From Takakia lepidozioides (lineage: Eukaryota > Plantae > Bryophyta), in the NCBI GenBank assembly GCA_030704615.1, contig CM060731.1, forward strand, positions 70,494,001 to 70,558,000: a DNA stretch of 64,000 bases, read 5' to 3'. The translations under genes and the position numbers were made by a program. Below the pieces are notes generated by a model. It ran no database searches and had not been told where the DNA came from. It saw nothing but the letters and a program-made list of their open reading frames with translations. This document shows positions 38,800 to 51,037 of the stretch, one piece after another. Numbering within the stretch: the stretch's first letter is position 1; each line of letters starts with the position of its first letter.

Positions 38800-40876
38800 T
38801 CGTATTGAACCCTCTTTTGATTTCATGAGTGAGGAGATGGGCAATTCGACCTACTCCTTGCGCAACTCTCAAAATCCGCTATGTGATCCTGCTGGTCACT
38901 CCCAAACTATGGAGGACATAGGGATTTTGGGATCCACAGTGAAGGTGGCAGTGGCTGAGCTGCACCTTCAGGATGTGGCATCGTCTAGCAATGCCCACGA
39001 ATTTGGATATGGCACTGTGGTAGACAAGACATGGGACATCCTGAATGGTACAAAAAATTATACTGTCTCTTTTTTTGGTGTCCTTGGTGTTCATGTGGTA
39101 TCGTCACAGTCCTGTGTTGTGTGTAATCTTGATGATTCAATGTTGTGCACTATCCCTGAGCTCTTGGGGTTGGATTCTGAAGCTGAATTGCCTGAGGGGG
39201 AAATAGATGATAGTGAATCAGATTCTGATTGTGACTATAATCCAGAAGATGATGACATTGTTGACATCGACAATCCTGACTTGATGGACTACTGTGTTGA
39301 CACGGGGAATCCAACGCGTGAGGTGGGATTATATGATTTGCCGCCCAATTGGGAGCAATGGAGTCCTGCTGAGTTGTTTGGTGATGACATGTGGAACTCC
39401 TCTGCTACTGAATTGCCAGACATTACATGGTTAGGTGGGGATTCGGGTCCTCGTTTGCCTTTTGGAGATTCAGCAAATCCAGTTGATTTTTTCAATTTGT
39501 TTTGGCCACTATCGGTCATGCGCCGAATTTGCAGCATGACCAACTTGTATGCCAGGACAGAAAACCAGAATGGAAACCTGAAAGGAGGTAGATGGTGGTA
39601 CCCTATCACCATCCGTGAATTGAAGGCTTGGCTTGCTGTTCACATGCTCATGGGAATCAAAAAATTGCCTAGTACTAGATTGTATTAGAAAGCCAACAAT
39701 GTCTTCTTCAATTGCCCTTCCATCATGCGCATTATGTCCCGCAACCGATGGGAGGCAATTTTGAGGTGCCTCCACCTTGTTGACAATAAGGATGTATGCA
39801 CTATTGACACTGACCCTGCTTTTGATAAGTTAGCTAAAACCAGGTGGTTGTTACATGCACTAAATGGTTTGTATGCCACCTACATGAGCCCCGAGCAGAA
39901 TTTGACTGTGGATGAGCAAATGGTGAAGTACAAGGGCAAATATGCCCGAATCCAGCAATACCTGAGCAAGAAGCCTGTGCAGTGGGGTCTGAAGGTGTGG
40001 TGTTTGTGTGGTGCATGTTCCAAATATGTTCAGAAGTTAGAGGTTTACCTTGGGAAGGATGATGGGAATGATATGATCCATGGTAATGGATATGGCGTGG
40101 TGACAAGGTTACTAGAAGGATTTGAGGGTAAGGGCCATATTGTAACGATGGATAATTTTTTCAGTAGCCCCATCCTGTTCTATGATTTGGCAGCAAAACA
40201 GATCTATGCTACTGGCACGGTAAAAACCTCCCGAGTGGGTTTTCCTACGTGCCTTGATTTGGGGAAGAAGGGTGAGAGAGGTAGGCTGGAATATCGTGTT
40301 CACATAAGTGGCAAAGTAGCCGCTATTGCATGGATGAATGCCAAGTTGGTGACCATGATTTCCACTGTCATTTCCCCTGTCAGTCCTGATTGCTTCATAC
40401 AAAGATGGCACAAAGGGGCAAGACGTGATGTGCCTACCTCCCCTATTGTGGTTCATTACCAGCAGCATATGCGGGGAGTGGATGTTCAGGATCAGCTACG
40501 GGGTTACTACTCTGTTCAGACCAGGGACCATAAATGGTGGCACCGCTTGTACTTTCATGGAGTTGACACTTCTTTGGTGAATGCTTACATATTGTACCTG
40601 GGTTTTATGAGGGGAAAGGGCCACATTCCTCTTAACCACATTCTTTTCAATTTGGAGGTTGTAAAGGGACTAATTGTGGGGTGGGTTCCTCCCATGAGAA
40701 CAGTAATGCCAGGGGCAGATGTGCCCAACCCGGGGTCTGTGCATTTCTCCCTCAAGACTAGTAGGAGGAGGAAGTGTGTTCAGTGCAGTATGCGTCAAAG
40801 GTATTTTTGTCACGCGTGTGGAGATGTGTATATGTGCCTTGGAGGATGCTTTGTCAAGAGCCATAGCCTTCTCTGA
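38765..40876 (+). pseudogene. piggyBac transposase (DDE_Tnp_1_7/PGBD-like) with a single in-frame stop
   Basis: ORFs 38765-39688 and 39725-40876 are in the same frame, separated by TAG 39686-39688 where a conserved Trp is expected (LPSTRLY[W]). Catalytic VDEQM, MDNFF and GVDVQDQ; C-terminal Cys-rich CVQC...CHAC...CLGGCF..H. Confidence 0.9.
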
Positions 40877-41352
40877 TTATAGATACTTCTATGTTCAGTA
40901 ATTGATATGGTTGATTTCTTACTGCACTGATATGGAGACCTTTGATGCCAAAGAGGGGGTATCCTCCTTACGACACTTTTTCTATGTAGTGGTGTTCTGT
41001 CTTTTTCTAAGCAGTGGTGTGTTTGGGGGTTGGTTTGTTGTTGGTAGCCATGAAACGTTTGTACTGAGGATCCAGCCGTAGAGAGTCGCTTGACGGTCCA
41101 AGGAGAGGTTGTGCAGTGTTGGGGTTCACTGAGTCCTGATCTGAATGATTTGTTTGCTACTCCAGCTTTTTGCCTTAGTGTTCATGTAGCTCCGAGGTCT
41201 TTGCTGCAACAATTTTGTGTTTCAATTAGGACTGAGTCCATTTTCTTTGTGTCTAGTATAATTATGTGGTAGTCCCCCAATCAAGCGGGGGTGCGCATAA
41301 GGGTGGAGACTCCTTCCCTCCCTGGGGAGGAGTCTCCCCCCTTGTGTTCATG

Positions 41353-41538
41353 TGTGAGTTGCCAATTGGGGCAAGTTAGTGGGTTCAACTCCCACTCACA
41401 CAATTCGGCGTGTAAATGTGGGTTCATCTCTAGTTTTTCTGAGTCTGATTTGATGCTAGTGTTGGCCACATGTTGGTCTTTCTTTGTGTGAGCTGCCAGT
41501 TGGGGCAGGCCACTGGGTTCAATTCCCACTCACACATT
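41353..41538. repeat. Subterminal direct repeat pair in piggyBac 3' region
   Basis: TGTGAG(T/C)TGCCA(A/G)TTGGGGCA...GGGTTCAA(C/T)TCCCACTCACACA occurs twice (~41353 and ~41487). Confidence 0.75.
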
Positions 41539-42767
41539 TTGACCCCCCTTACTTTGACCAGGTGTAAATCAGAAAATATGAATCCATTTTTTGCATTCTA
41601 TGGCTCATCAGAATGCCAATGTGCTGGACAACACCTGTAAGCAGGATGAGATCCTGCAGATTTCATCCCGTCAGTGAAAATTGCAAATTCCTCCAATTTC
41701 CCTTATTGTTTTGGGAGGGGCCCAAAAAATGGGCCCCACACTCAACGGTGGCGTTTCTCGGATTTTCGCCTGATTGGCTTGCAAATTTACGGGTGTCTGG
41801 AAGGGGTAGGTATGAGCATAGCGTCCGGTCAATTTTCCCAAAAACTTTTTTTTCGCTGAGATATTCTCATTTTTCTGAGCTGGGGTCCACTTTTTTCAAA
41901 AAGTCAACATTGGGCACTGGGCGCTTAAGGGTTAAGGGTTAAAGCATCCTTCTGCATTGTGACAGGAAATGCTAAAATACTGGGTCTGCCATAGTAGAGC
42001 GAGTGGTTCGGAATTCGCATACATAGTACTTCCCGTTTCATTCCTTGCAGAGTTGCTGTTGCTGGAACTGTGAAGAGAATGTGTTGGAAATGCATGATGG
42101 GATGCATAACCATTCGAAAGATAATGACGAGTGCATTACTCATATTCATCAATCATTCAGACTTCAGAAGTCGCATGTACACCTATTACTTTCCAATCCA
42201 TGCATCTCATGATAGTGTCGCACATCACTCACTAGATCGGGGTGATACTATGGATCATTCCCCACATTCACTGATCTACTCCTTCAGTAGGCATTTCATG
42301 AAAAAAAGACACCCTCACAAGAAGATTGAGATTAGGGACCTTATAGACACAATCCCAAACCTCAAATCCCAAAGGAATGATCACATTAAGACTGTCCCAC
42401 CTTCATTATGAGAATGGATCTAATCCAGAACAATTTCTGACAGAGACTCTTGAGAGCCTTCTATCTTTTATCACAATATAGCCAAAAGGAGAGAATAGGC
42501 TGGCAAAGTCAATCTGTTATATTGAATGACCCATTCCGCGAAAGAACACTGTTGGCAATACACGTACAAATGCTGCCACAAGAGCGAATTTTGACGAGTT
42601 GAACGTGGTATAGCATGGTAGGATCTGTGCCACATTGGGACACAAGTTCCATCCCCCTTACAGAGGCTACCCAAAACAATGATGCCCATCTAAAACGTCT
42701 ACCCAATAACAGTCTGATAACATTTGTGTGGCCTTTTCACCTATAAAAATTGTTTTCAGTGAACTCA

Positions 42768-45700
42768 TCATCGTCTAAAGTGGAAATTCACAATGGTTGA
42801 TTGCATGAATGATTGCTGAATAGAGATGGCAAAAGGCAAAATAGGGTGGAACAAGAAGGCAGCTACACGCTTGACATGCCCGCTGTCATTTGACCCAAGC
42901 TCCAAGCCTGCATTCACTACCATCAGGACATTCAAACCCCATATGTGTGATACTACTCATACAGGAACAGTTACACCGTTATAGGGCTCACATCTACCTT
43001 CACTTTGTCAAGGTTGCACAAGGCTCAAGTTCTAACAAGACAGAGCACTCAACAGAATGATGGTCAACAACCATGGCATATCATTATGGAGGCGGCCTTC
43101 AATCTGATAAATGGATGTACCTCCTCTAAAACATGTACAGTGTGTCAAATCCAACTAGATTCCAACATGACTTAACGTCTGAGACATTCTAAAGGTTTGA
43201 TTTGAACACTAACACATACTGAGGAAAAACTAAGGCCAGCTGCATAGCATGATGGCCCTCAATCTGAGAAATGGACGTACCTCCTCTAAAACATGTAAAG
43301 TGTGTCAAATCCAACTAGATTCCAACATGACTTAACGTCTGAGACATTCTTAAGGTTTGATTTGAACACTAACACATACTGAGGAAAAACTAAGGCCAGC
43401 TGCATAGCATAATGGCCCCAGCTAGTTATATCAAAGAATTGATACACTAAAATAACCATGGTCGGGTACTTGCCAGGGTTGATTTTGAATTTCAATGTGT
43501 TGGGGCGACGCCTAGAAATAAACTTAATGGGATGCTCCATGCAAGGCTTGTGCCGATCTGTCGCAGATATAAGCTGCAAGCACAGAACTCCACTATACTC
43601 AGGATAACCACACACGTGTCATGGTTTTTGATCCACAGCAAATCCCAAAGCACAAAACCCTTGAATCTCAACTAAAATTCCAATTCAACCCCCCTCCCCT
43701 CGAAGAACAGCTAATTTGGGACACACTGCTCCCCACTGACTAGTGACTTGGACTACTAGACTGCAAAAGGCACCATAGAGGAATAGGCACTCTGACAAGA
43801 ACTCTGTTGCACAACAAAGATTAAACAGAGCTAATCATGGTGGCATGCCAGAACACCTCATGACTCTCATGATTCTGCAGAATTGAGGATCTAAGAAGTA
43901 AACTCATTTCGTAATCAGAGCCCATTGACTAAAAGGCAATAGAGACTCGAATGAAGTGCACTAATGGTACATAAACTCGAACCTTCTCATCATAATGGAA
44001 AAGATACTGATCGAAGTATGGTGACGGGCTTTGAGACTGAGCATTGCAGGGCAAGAATGCCAATGTCCTTTTGACAACCTACACACGGTTATGAGCAACA
44101 ATAAGCATTAGAGACTGTGATAGTATTCCTAAGTTCCTCTCAGGAGACTCAAAATGAGCAAGGACCAAGGATTGATGCAAGTTAAACCTGGGAATGTGCT
44201 TCTATGTGAACAGGAATATTTGCCATTTGACTTTTTGACAAATCTTTTGATGACTGATTAGCTGCATTTAGTTAAACTAAAGGGACAGACCTGGATATAG
44301 CTACCGGCTTTGCCAGAGATGAAAGCAGCCTTTTGCCTTCGCAGCTGCTCACGAGCAAAGGAATTGTTCCCACAGCTGGATATGAAGCTCATATACGTTG
44401 GATACCGTGGCACCACCCTGAAGTGATCACAATAATGCTCCACCCATTGTGCCAATTCCTCTGACGAATTCTGCAATGATGTATCCATAAAACAATCTTA
44501 GGCAATGTAAGCAAAGCGTTGAACTGCCACTGATCACAAGCGGACAACTGCCTATTTAGTAGCTTCATACCTGATAGAAGCCTAGCATTTGTGTAGTTTC
44601 CACATTGTAGACAACCAAAAATGCAGTCTGATGCGAACTCTCCGAGTTACGCACAACCTGCAGCCAACCCACACCTCTATTGTCTTCTGTCCTCCAAACA
44701 CATAGCCAACTTCATAACCAGCTACAGCAGTTTAAGTTTTCAAGATAATCAATCAGCAAAAGAAAGCGAGTGGCTCCTGCCAAAGCAAGCGTAAATTAAG
44801 GCATCTCTTCACACCAAAGGGCCACTGCCCTCTGTTTGGAAGGTCGCTTGTAAGGCCCTGTGCCCCAACCACTCGTCCATTTGTTGGATCCTAATCAATC
44901 GCGCTAATAATCTCAATAAGAGGCACCACGTCTCTAAAATTACTTATGAGAATGCCTTCATAAAAAGCAAGCAAATGAGTCAAGAAACCACGTAGCCAAC
45001 AACCCCAAATTAGAAGTGGAATATGCAGACATACCACACCATCCACACTGCCAAATTTGATTAATAAGTGGTGACGATCCAAGAATTGCACCTGCCATCC
45101 TCCCCGGGCAACAAAGTCAGAAGTGCAGAACATCTACCTTCATGTTGTGTTTCACATTTAGTGCAGGTCAAGAATGACTCTACTACTTTTGCAACAAAGG
45201 TTCCTAAGCAAGCAGCAATAGAAAGTGACACATACCTTCCACATCACCAAATCAACATACTGCTGAAAGTGATAGTAGAAACGGTTGAGCCGCTGCGCCT
45301 TCTGTTTCAATGAGGAAGTCTACAGCCAAATGAGTTCCCACCACCTTATGATAGCTGTCTCTTTACATCTCATCCAATTGCAGCCTGAATTTCAAAGGTG
45401 ACCATGTACTCAACAGCTTATAAAGGAGCTCCCTGCAGCAAAATGAACATAAGAGCACATAATTGGGGAAACCAGTACCGTAACCGAACTCGCATCATCA
45501 TTCTGGACACCTCGCATGATGAATGACAGCAATCGCTGCTTTATTCCACCCAGAATCTGCCCCCCTTGTTGCAAAGTGTCATCTGGAAAGGCTGCACCGG
45601 CGGCCTCGCGCCCATTCTCAACAGGAGCCCCCAGGTCTCCTCCAGTTCCCGGTACTGACTGTGACATCCCTGACCCTCCTGCCCCTGCCCTAGGAACTCT

Positions 45701-47985
45701 TACTCGAGTGGCGGCGGTGCTGGAAGCAGTCTGATACCCGTCATTGCCTCTCAATCTGGAAACCCCAGCAGAGGAGCTAGGCAGACTGGACTCCTCCCTT
45801 ATCAACAAGCTTGCTCTGCTCTGGGGAACTACCATACTGTGCCCGGAGTGTGACATACTAGGCACTGGGTGCAAGCGCCGCTCGCTGGGACCAGGATCGG
45901 TGCTTGGGCTGCTGAAGTCAAGCAGGGTGGTTGCTTCAGACGACCCAGGATCAGTGGTGTCATAGCTCAAGCTCCTGGTGTCACTGCCCCTGGTGCTGTA
46001 CAGGCTACTACTTGTGGATGTACTTACATCAAAGTGCAGTCCTGCCCCAGCATCGTGGCTGCCATGGTCCCCTGTACCCTGCTCTCTGGGGTTTCCATTC
46101 CCTTGCAACACAGACCCTCCATTGGCACTCAGATTCCCGGCACCAAACAAACCTCTGAAATATCCATCAAAGTCCACACCATGCACATCATCATAGACTA
46201 TGTTTGACGAGTTTGAGCGTGAGGCAGTAGTGCCTGATGGGCCAGGATCATTAGGGGCAGCCCTGCCATCACGGGTGTGTCGGCGGCATCGGGCATTCGG
46301 ACTGGTCCATGGCTTGGGCCAGGCCTTGCTTGGCTGCATAAGGGAGGCCACTACCTCTCCCACTGAAAGTAAACCTCGGGCCTTGCGCACTGCCGCCTGC
46401 TCCTGGTGAAAGTTGGCCTCCTCCTGCAGCCCTATGTCACTCAGTATTGCCATACCTTCTGTATGCTCAAAACCACCACTCTCCAGGGGAACTTCACCAA
46501 GGGAAAAAGGAGAATGATATGGTGCTAACTGAAAACCTCAAGCAAGATGGTAGCCAGAATAGTCTTATACACGAATGGAACGCCAAACTATTATTATTTA
46601 TCACAGATGCAGGTTCAGTAATACTTTTATCAATCTTTACCCAACCACATTACAGAAGCAAGAACCTGAGACTGGGAATTGAGCAGAAGCTCATCATCTT
46701 CGCGTAAAAAGGTGCCAATGGTGCGCACATCCACGAAGAAGCCAGCCTCCCGGACCTGCAAAATGTGGATGCACTGGAATCGCACTGACAGGATGGCGAG
46801 CAAGTCGTCATGCAGGAAGACGCCTGCGTTGTGTGCCAGGTGGATGTAATCATTGTGGAAATCCCGCTGGTCTACCACTGTCCCATCAGCCAACCTCACC
46901 AACAGAAATGTTATCTTCTCAATGCTAGGCACCCCTGCCAATGCTCCACTTGCCTGTGGGGCAGAGCTGTCGGAAGTAGTAGATGTTGCAAAGATGCCAT
47001 ACTGGTTATTCTCTGTGGAAATAAAAAAATCTTTGCAAATGATCTCATTCCCAGTGGCAAGAGGGACAGAGTAGAGTTGACTGAAGAAGCTCTCAAATTT
47101 CTTGGATTTGGCAGGTAACTCATCAGTGGTGTCAGAATTGGAGCAGAAAGAGAGCCAGGAGAGCCGATAGACCAGAAGATCTATGAAGTTCCGACTGAAG
47201 CAGATGAGGTACTGCCCATCATTTGTAAACTTGCGCCAAGAATGGTCCGGGCATTCCACATCATAGACTGTGTGACTTGGTAATATGTTTTCATATAGCT
47301 CCCTTGCACGGTGTATCTGCAAAATGGCAATCCCTCCTCACTGTTTAGGTATCCAAAACAGCACCAAAATCATCCTATCACAGGTACAACAATCCTTTTG
47401 AGCACACAACGGCCTCCTCAGGCATTATTTCATGGGCATACAAGTCGGGAGTGCAGCCGATCTGCCTGCACTACAAGCATGGAAATCTCCGTTGTAAGAC
47501 AATTGCATAGGGAGCTGCAAGCGTTTCAGCATGCAGGTCGCTCGGCAAGATTACAATTTGCTTTTTAGTACTCTTGGCAGCCCAACTCCCCCACCATTTA
47601 CTTGGCCCAAAGTCCCTGAGACAAGACATTAGCATTTTTCAACAGCCACAAAACCGTTTCCCCAGCTGGACTTCGAGCACAGATCGAAACGGCGTCTTCG
47701 AACCTCGAGTGACATGGACATGTCTTTGCCATTGTTACAGAATCATTTTATACGAGGGAGCCGACCTTCATCATTTCTCAAGCTGTAAAAGGAGATACAC
47801 CCAAAGCAAGATGCTTTTCATTCGGCCTATCTCTCCAACTACAACCCTTTAACCTCCCCCTCCCTTTACCCCGAACCGTGCATAGGAACGAATAGGAGAT
47901 GTGCCAGTACATGAGTGTTCGGAGCAACGCGGATGATCTGACGGGAGAAAAGCCGGTGCACAATGTTATCACTCCGCTTCCACAT
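42768..47985 (-). CDS. DET1: DE-ETIOLATED 1 (DET1), light-signalling CUL4-DDB1 E3 component, 10 coding exons
   Basis: Exon 1 47985-47911 MWKRSDNIVHRLFSRQI; exon 2 47316-46666 (ENILPSHTVYDVECPDHSWRKFTNDG...IHLAHNAGVFL); exon 3 46423-45479; then FYYHFQQYVDLVMWK, VQFLDRHHLLIKFGSVDG, NSSEEL...SNN-like, SPSPYFDQYLFHYDEK, LISATDRHK...FKINPG; last exon ending FHPILPFAISIQQSFMQSTIVNFHFRR*. Confidence 0.92.
43101..43419. repeat. Near-identical 160-bp tandem duplication in the last DET1 intron
   Basis: 43101-43260 and 43261-43419 differ at only a handful of positions. Confidence 0.92.
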
Positions 47986-49219
47986 TCATAAAGCCCGGGC
48001 GTTCAACTGCAGGTCGTCTGGGGGAGCACAAAACCCTTGCTGCCATGTGCACTCCAACCCACGAACCCTCACCATGTGCACATCACCCCCAGCCTCACCC
48101 TACCATTTCCTCAGCCCTTCTCTCCTCCGTTACCCACCAATCCCTCCTTGCACCAATACTCTAGAGAAGGATTTCCAAACCAAAATCCGTTCACCTCAAA
48201 CCCCGCAGTAAACACGTGAGAACTCCAGCTCTCACTCTACTTACCTCATACAGGGCGCACACTCACCCCTACTATCTCCCACTCAACATGAGATTCTGAG
48301 TACCTGGCAGACTACAAGAGCTCGGCAGCACTCCTCCAACAACCGAAAGCCTGGTGTCCAAATAAGGCTAATAGTAAGTCTCTGAGTCCCACTGACTTCG
48401 CTAGCAAATACCCACCTTGCCCAGCACCCAATTGCGAGAACCCAACTCTCGACGGAGGCAAGGATGCAGCGATGGTGGTTAGCAGCGAGGAAGTCTATGG
48501 GTGGTTGGCGGTGTCGTGAGGCATGTGCACCAGGGCGCTCCACGTCAGGCCCACAATTGTGTGTGGCATCGTTCAGTGCTTGCAGTTGACGGTTTGCAAT
48601 GCTTTCACTTCATCTCCCCAGTCTCCTATTCAAGATTCCAGTCCTCTGTCTCCAGATCCCCTACTCATCACCGCCCTGTTTCTGTTCATCATTTTCCGTA
48701 TCAACACCTCCACAGAATCTCATTGGCTGCCAAGAGGCCAAAACAGAGAGATTCCGGAGAAAGAGACACTGATCATATTCTTGTTTTCTAGTACAAAGAT
48801 GAAAAAGTTGACAGGTTTATCATAGGCTACTGTGCAGTGGTTAGGAGAGAAAATAGACCTGTAACTTAGAGGTAAGCCTCAGAACAAGATTGTCCCTACC
48901 TCATCTGTTCCTAAACTACAGACACACAACATTAAAAAAACCTGTTCATCAAGGGCTGTGGAAACTTGAACTGGGAAACATTGACTTGCTTGGGTCTTAT
49001 TCTGTACCCTATTTGAGTTTGATCCACACTCTAAACCCCTTGTCATAAGTTACATAGTTGGCATGTCTAGGTAGAATGTTGATCAATCCGTCCTCTTTAC
49101 TTTTATTGGTCTGTTGGAAATATTGGCTCAACTTGGGTTTACACTTAGTCAAACAGCCGGAAACATAGTTGGCATTGGTGTGTGTAGTGTGTACCCATAT
49201 AAGTCTAGGCTGCTAGCGC

Positions 49220-49613
49220 AGCCGTTAAAAGCAGGTGTGGCAGATTCTGCCACTTTTTCGGCCTAATTCTCAGGCCGAATCAGCCACCCAGGGCAGAATC
49301 GGCAAGGATGGCCAATTATGCACAGAGGACGGCAGACCCACCACCCAGGCCCATGTTTGTCAGCCATCAACCCACCACTTCCCTTGAGGCTCGCCCTGTT
49401 TATATCCTCTCCAGGGCTCTGAATCTGGGCAATCGATATGGGATAATCAAACCGCAATCATATTGCGCCACGTAGCGGCGAGAATCCGCCACACCTGCTT
49501 TTAACACCAGTGAACGGGCCGTGTTTGGCCGACTCTGCCCCTGTGCGCGGCCATAGGGCTTGCCCAAAGGCCGCTTACAGGGCAGAGTCGGCCAAACACG
49601 GCCCGTTGTCTAG
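49220..49613 (+). mobile_element. Non-autonomous Helitron-like foldback element, copy 2
   Basis: Homologous to 7960-8355. Terminal hairpin AACGGGCCGTGTTTGGCCGACTCTGCCC/GGGCAGAGTCGGCCAAACACGGCCCGTT is followed by CTAG|T at 49610-49614. Confidence 0.55.
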
Positions 49614-49848
49614 TACAATAAAAGTCCTCACCATTGCTCCTAACGGCCACACACCATGCTCTAGGGTGGCTTTCCATACAATGAGACAGCGCTGAAAGAG
49701 GAGCACCTACCCATCTTGGGTGTTTAGTGTTTACACTCCAAAAATTATTTCCTAGAAATAATGTGAGGCTACCCCACCTACAAACATTCATCCACAAAAA
49801 ATTGATCCTACACATCGATTCTAGCCCCTTTTTTCTTTTTTTCTCTTA

Positions 49849-50150
49849 GAACATCTCCACCGGGTCCCTGCCCCAGCAACGGCAAAGGAGTCGCCGGCCT
49901 TGGTATCCGCACCCCCGGGGCCGTACTTTTATACTTTTATACAAGCCCTCTAGGCCCGGCCGGTACCTGCTGGAGCGACTAAAAAACACGACTGCCTGCA
50001 TTATGGCCTGAGGGTAAGGCGGCATCTGTCCAAGTGGTCCCTCCGAAGCAAGGCACGTCAACCAAAAAGACATGTGCAGGGTAATTCGATGGGGTTGCCG
50101 CTAGGGGAGGGGAGTGTTGGAGGCCGCAGGAGGTTACCGTTGAGATGCTC
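49849..50150. mobile_element. Possible PIF/Harbinger (Tourist)-type MITE
   Basis: Imperfect TIRs GAACATCTCCACCGG / ACCGTTGAGATGCTC; TTA on the left but the right TSD is not conserved; a similar terminus TAA-GAGCATCTCCACGGT lies at 9603-9620. Confidence 0.45.
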
Positions 50151-50395
50151 AACACCTTGGAGCGACTCACATCAATTTATGAAGCGAGGTAGTTTTTGGC
50201 TCCTCTTTACTCTAAAGTCTTTATTCTAAAGAGAAGCCTAAGCATCAATGTCAAAAATTGTGCCTTCCCCAAGTATAAGCTCCTATCCTTTGTTGGCTCT
50301 TCTCCTTTCCATGATGTGCCTTCTCTAGGTAAGACCTCCCTTAGGTAAAATCTGCGTTATGGAACAACTTAATATGAAAAATAAATGGATGAGAA

Positions 50396-50587
50396 TATAT
50401 ATCAATAATATTATTATAATATTTGATACCTCCCGAAGGAAGCGTAAATTATGGTGTCTCTTCACCCCGAAGGATTACTACCTTCCGCTAGGATGGTGGA
50501 CACCTTTGTGACACCAAGGGTGGATTGAACCCACAACACTTCAGTTGTCGTATGTGCCCATTACCACTGGGCTATAGCTTGGTTGTC
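50396..50587 (-). mobile_element. tRNA-derived SINE family A, copy 3
   Basis: Reverse complement begins GACAACCAAGCTATAGCCCAGTGGTAATGG, as at 6978; B-box GGGTTCAATCC; AT-rich tail. Confidence 0.8.
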
Positions 50588-51037
50588 GTATATATCGATT
50601 TTCACAAGGAGGAGCCATTGGCCGTATATTGGCTCCTCACTAAAAGAGGATACCACACAAAATTATCAATAGGTGGCAAATCCCTATTATAACTTCCCCA
50701 TATAAAACCTACACTAAATGCACCTCCCTTGGTCAAAAGCTTATATCCTCTCTTTCTCTCTTGAGTTGGTTACCTTCAACATTTTTAGCCGATAGATGTT
50801 TTGTTGTTCATTTGGGGAGTCAACCCCAAGATCGGTTTCTTTGCTCATCAAAACACAAATATGGGCAAGTACATTAGTATCCACGTTTTTTCCACTTTCC
50901 ACAACCTCAAGTTTTTCTCAGATCGCAGAGTCCCTTCAGATCCCTTCAGATCTATTTTCTGTTGTTTTATATCCACTAGATTAAGAATCCAAGATTATCA
51001 CATTGGGACTGCGAAACAGTCTGTTTTCTTGTGCAAA

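Larger units (their letters stand above)
37800..41931 (+). mobile_element. Full-length piggyBac-superfamily DNA transposon (4.1 kb)
   Basis: Perfect 14-bp TIRs CCCTTAAGCGCCCA (37800-37813) / TGGGCGCTTAAGGG (41918-41931), TTAA TSD at 37796-37799 and 41932-41935, internal PGBD-type transposase. Confidence 0.93.
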
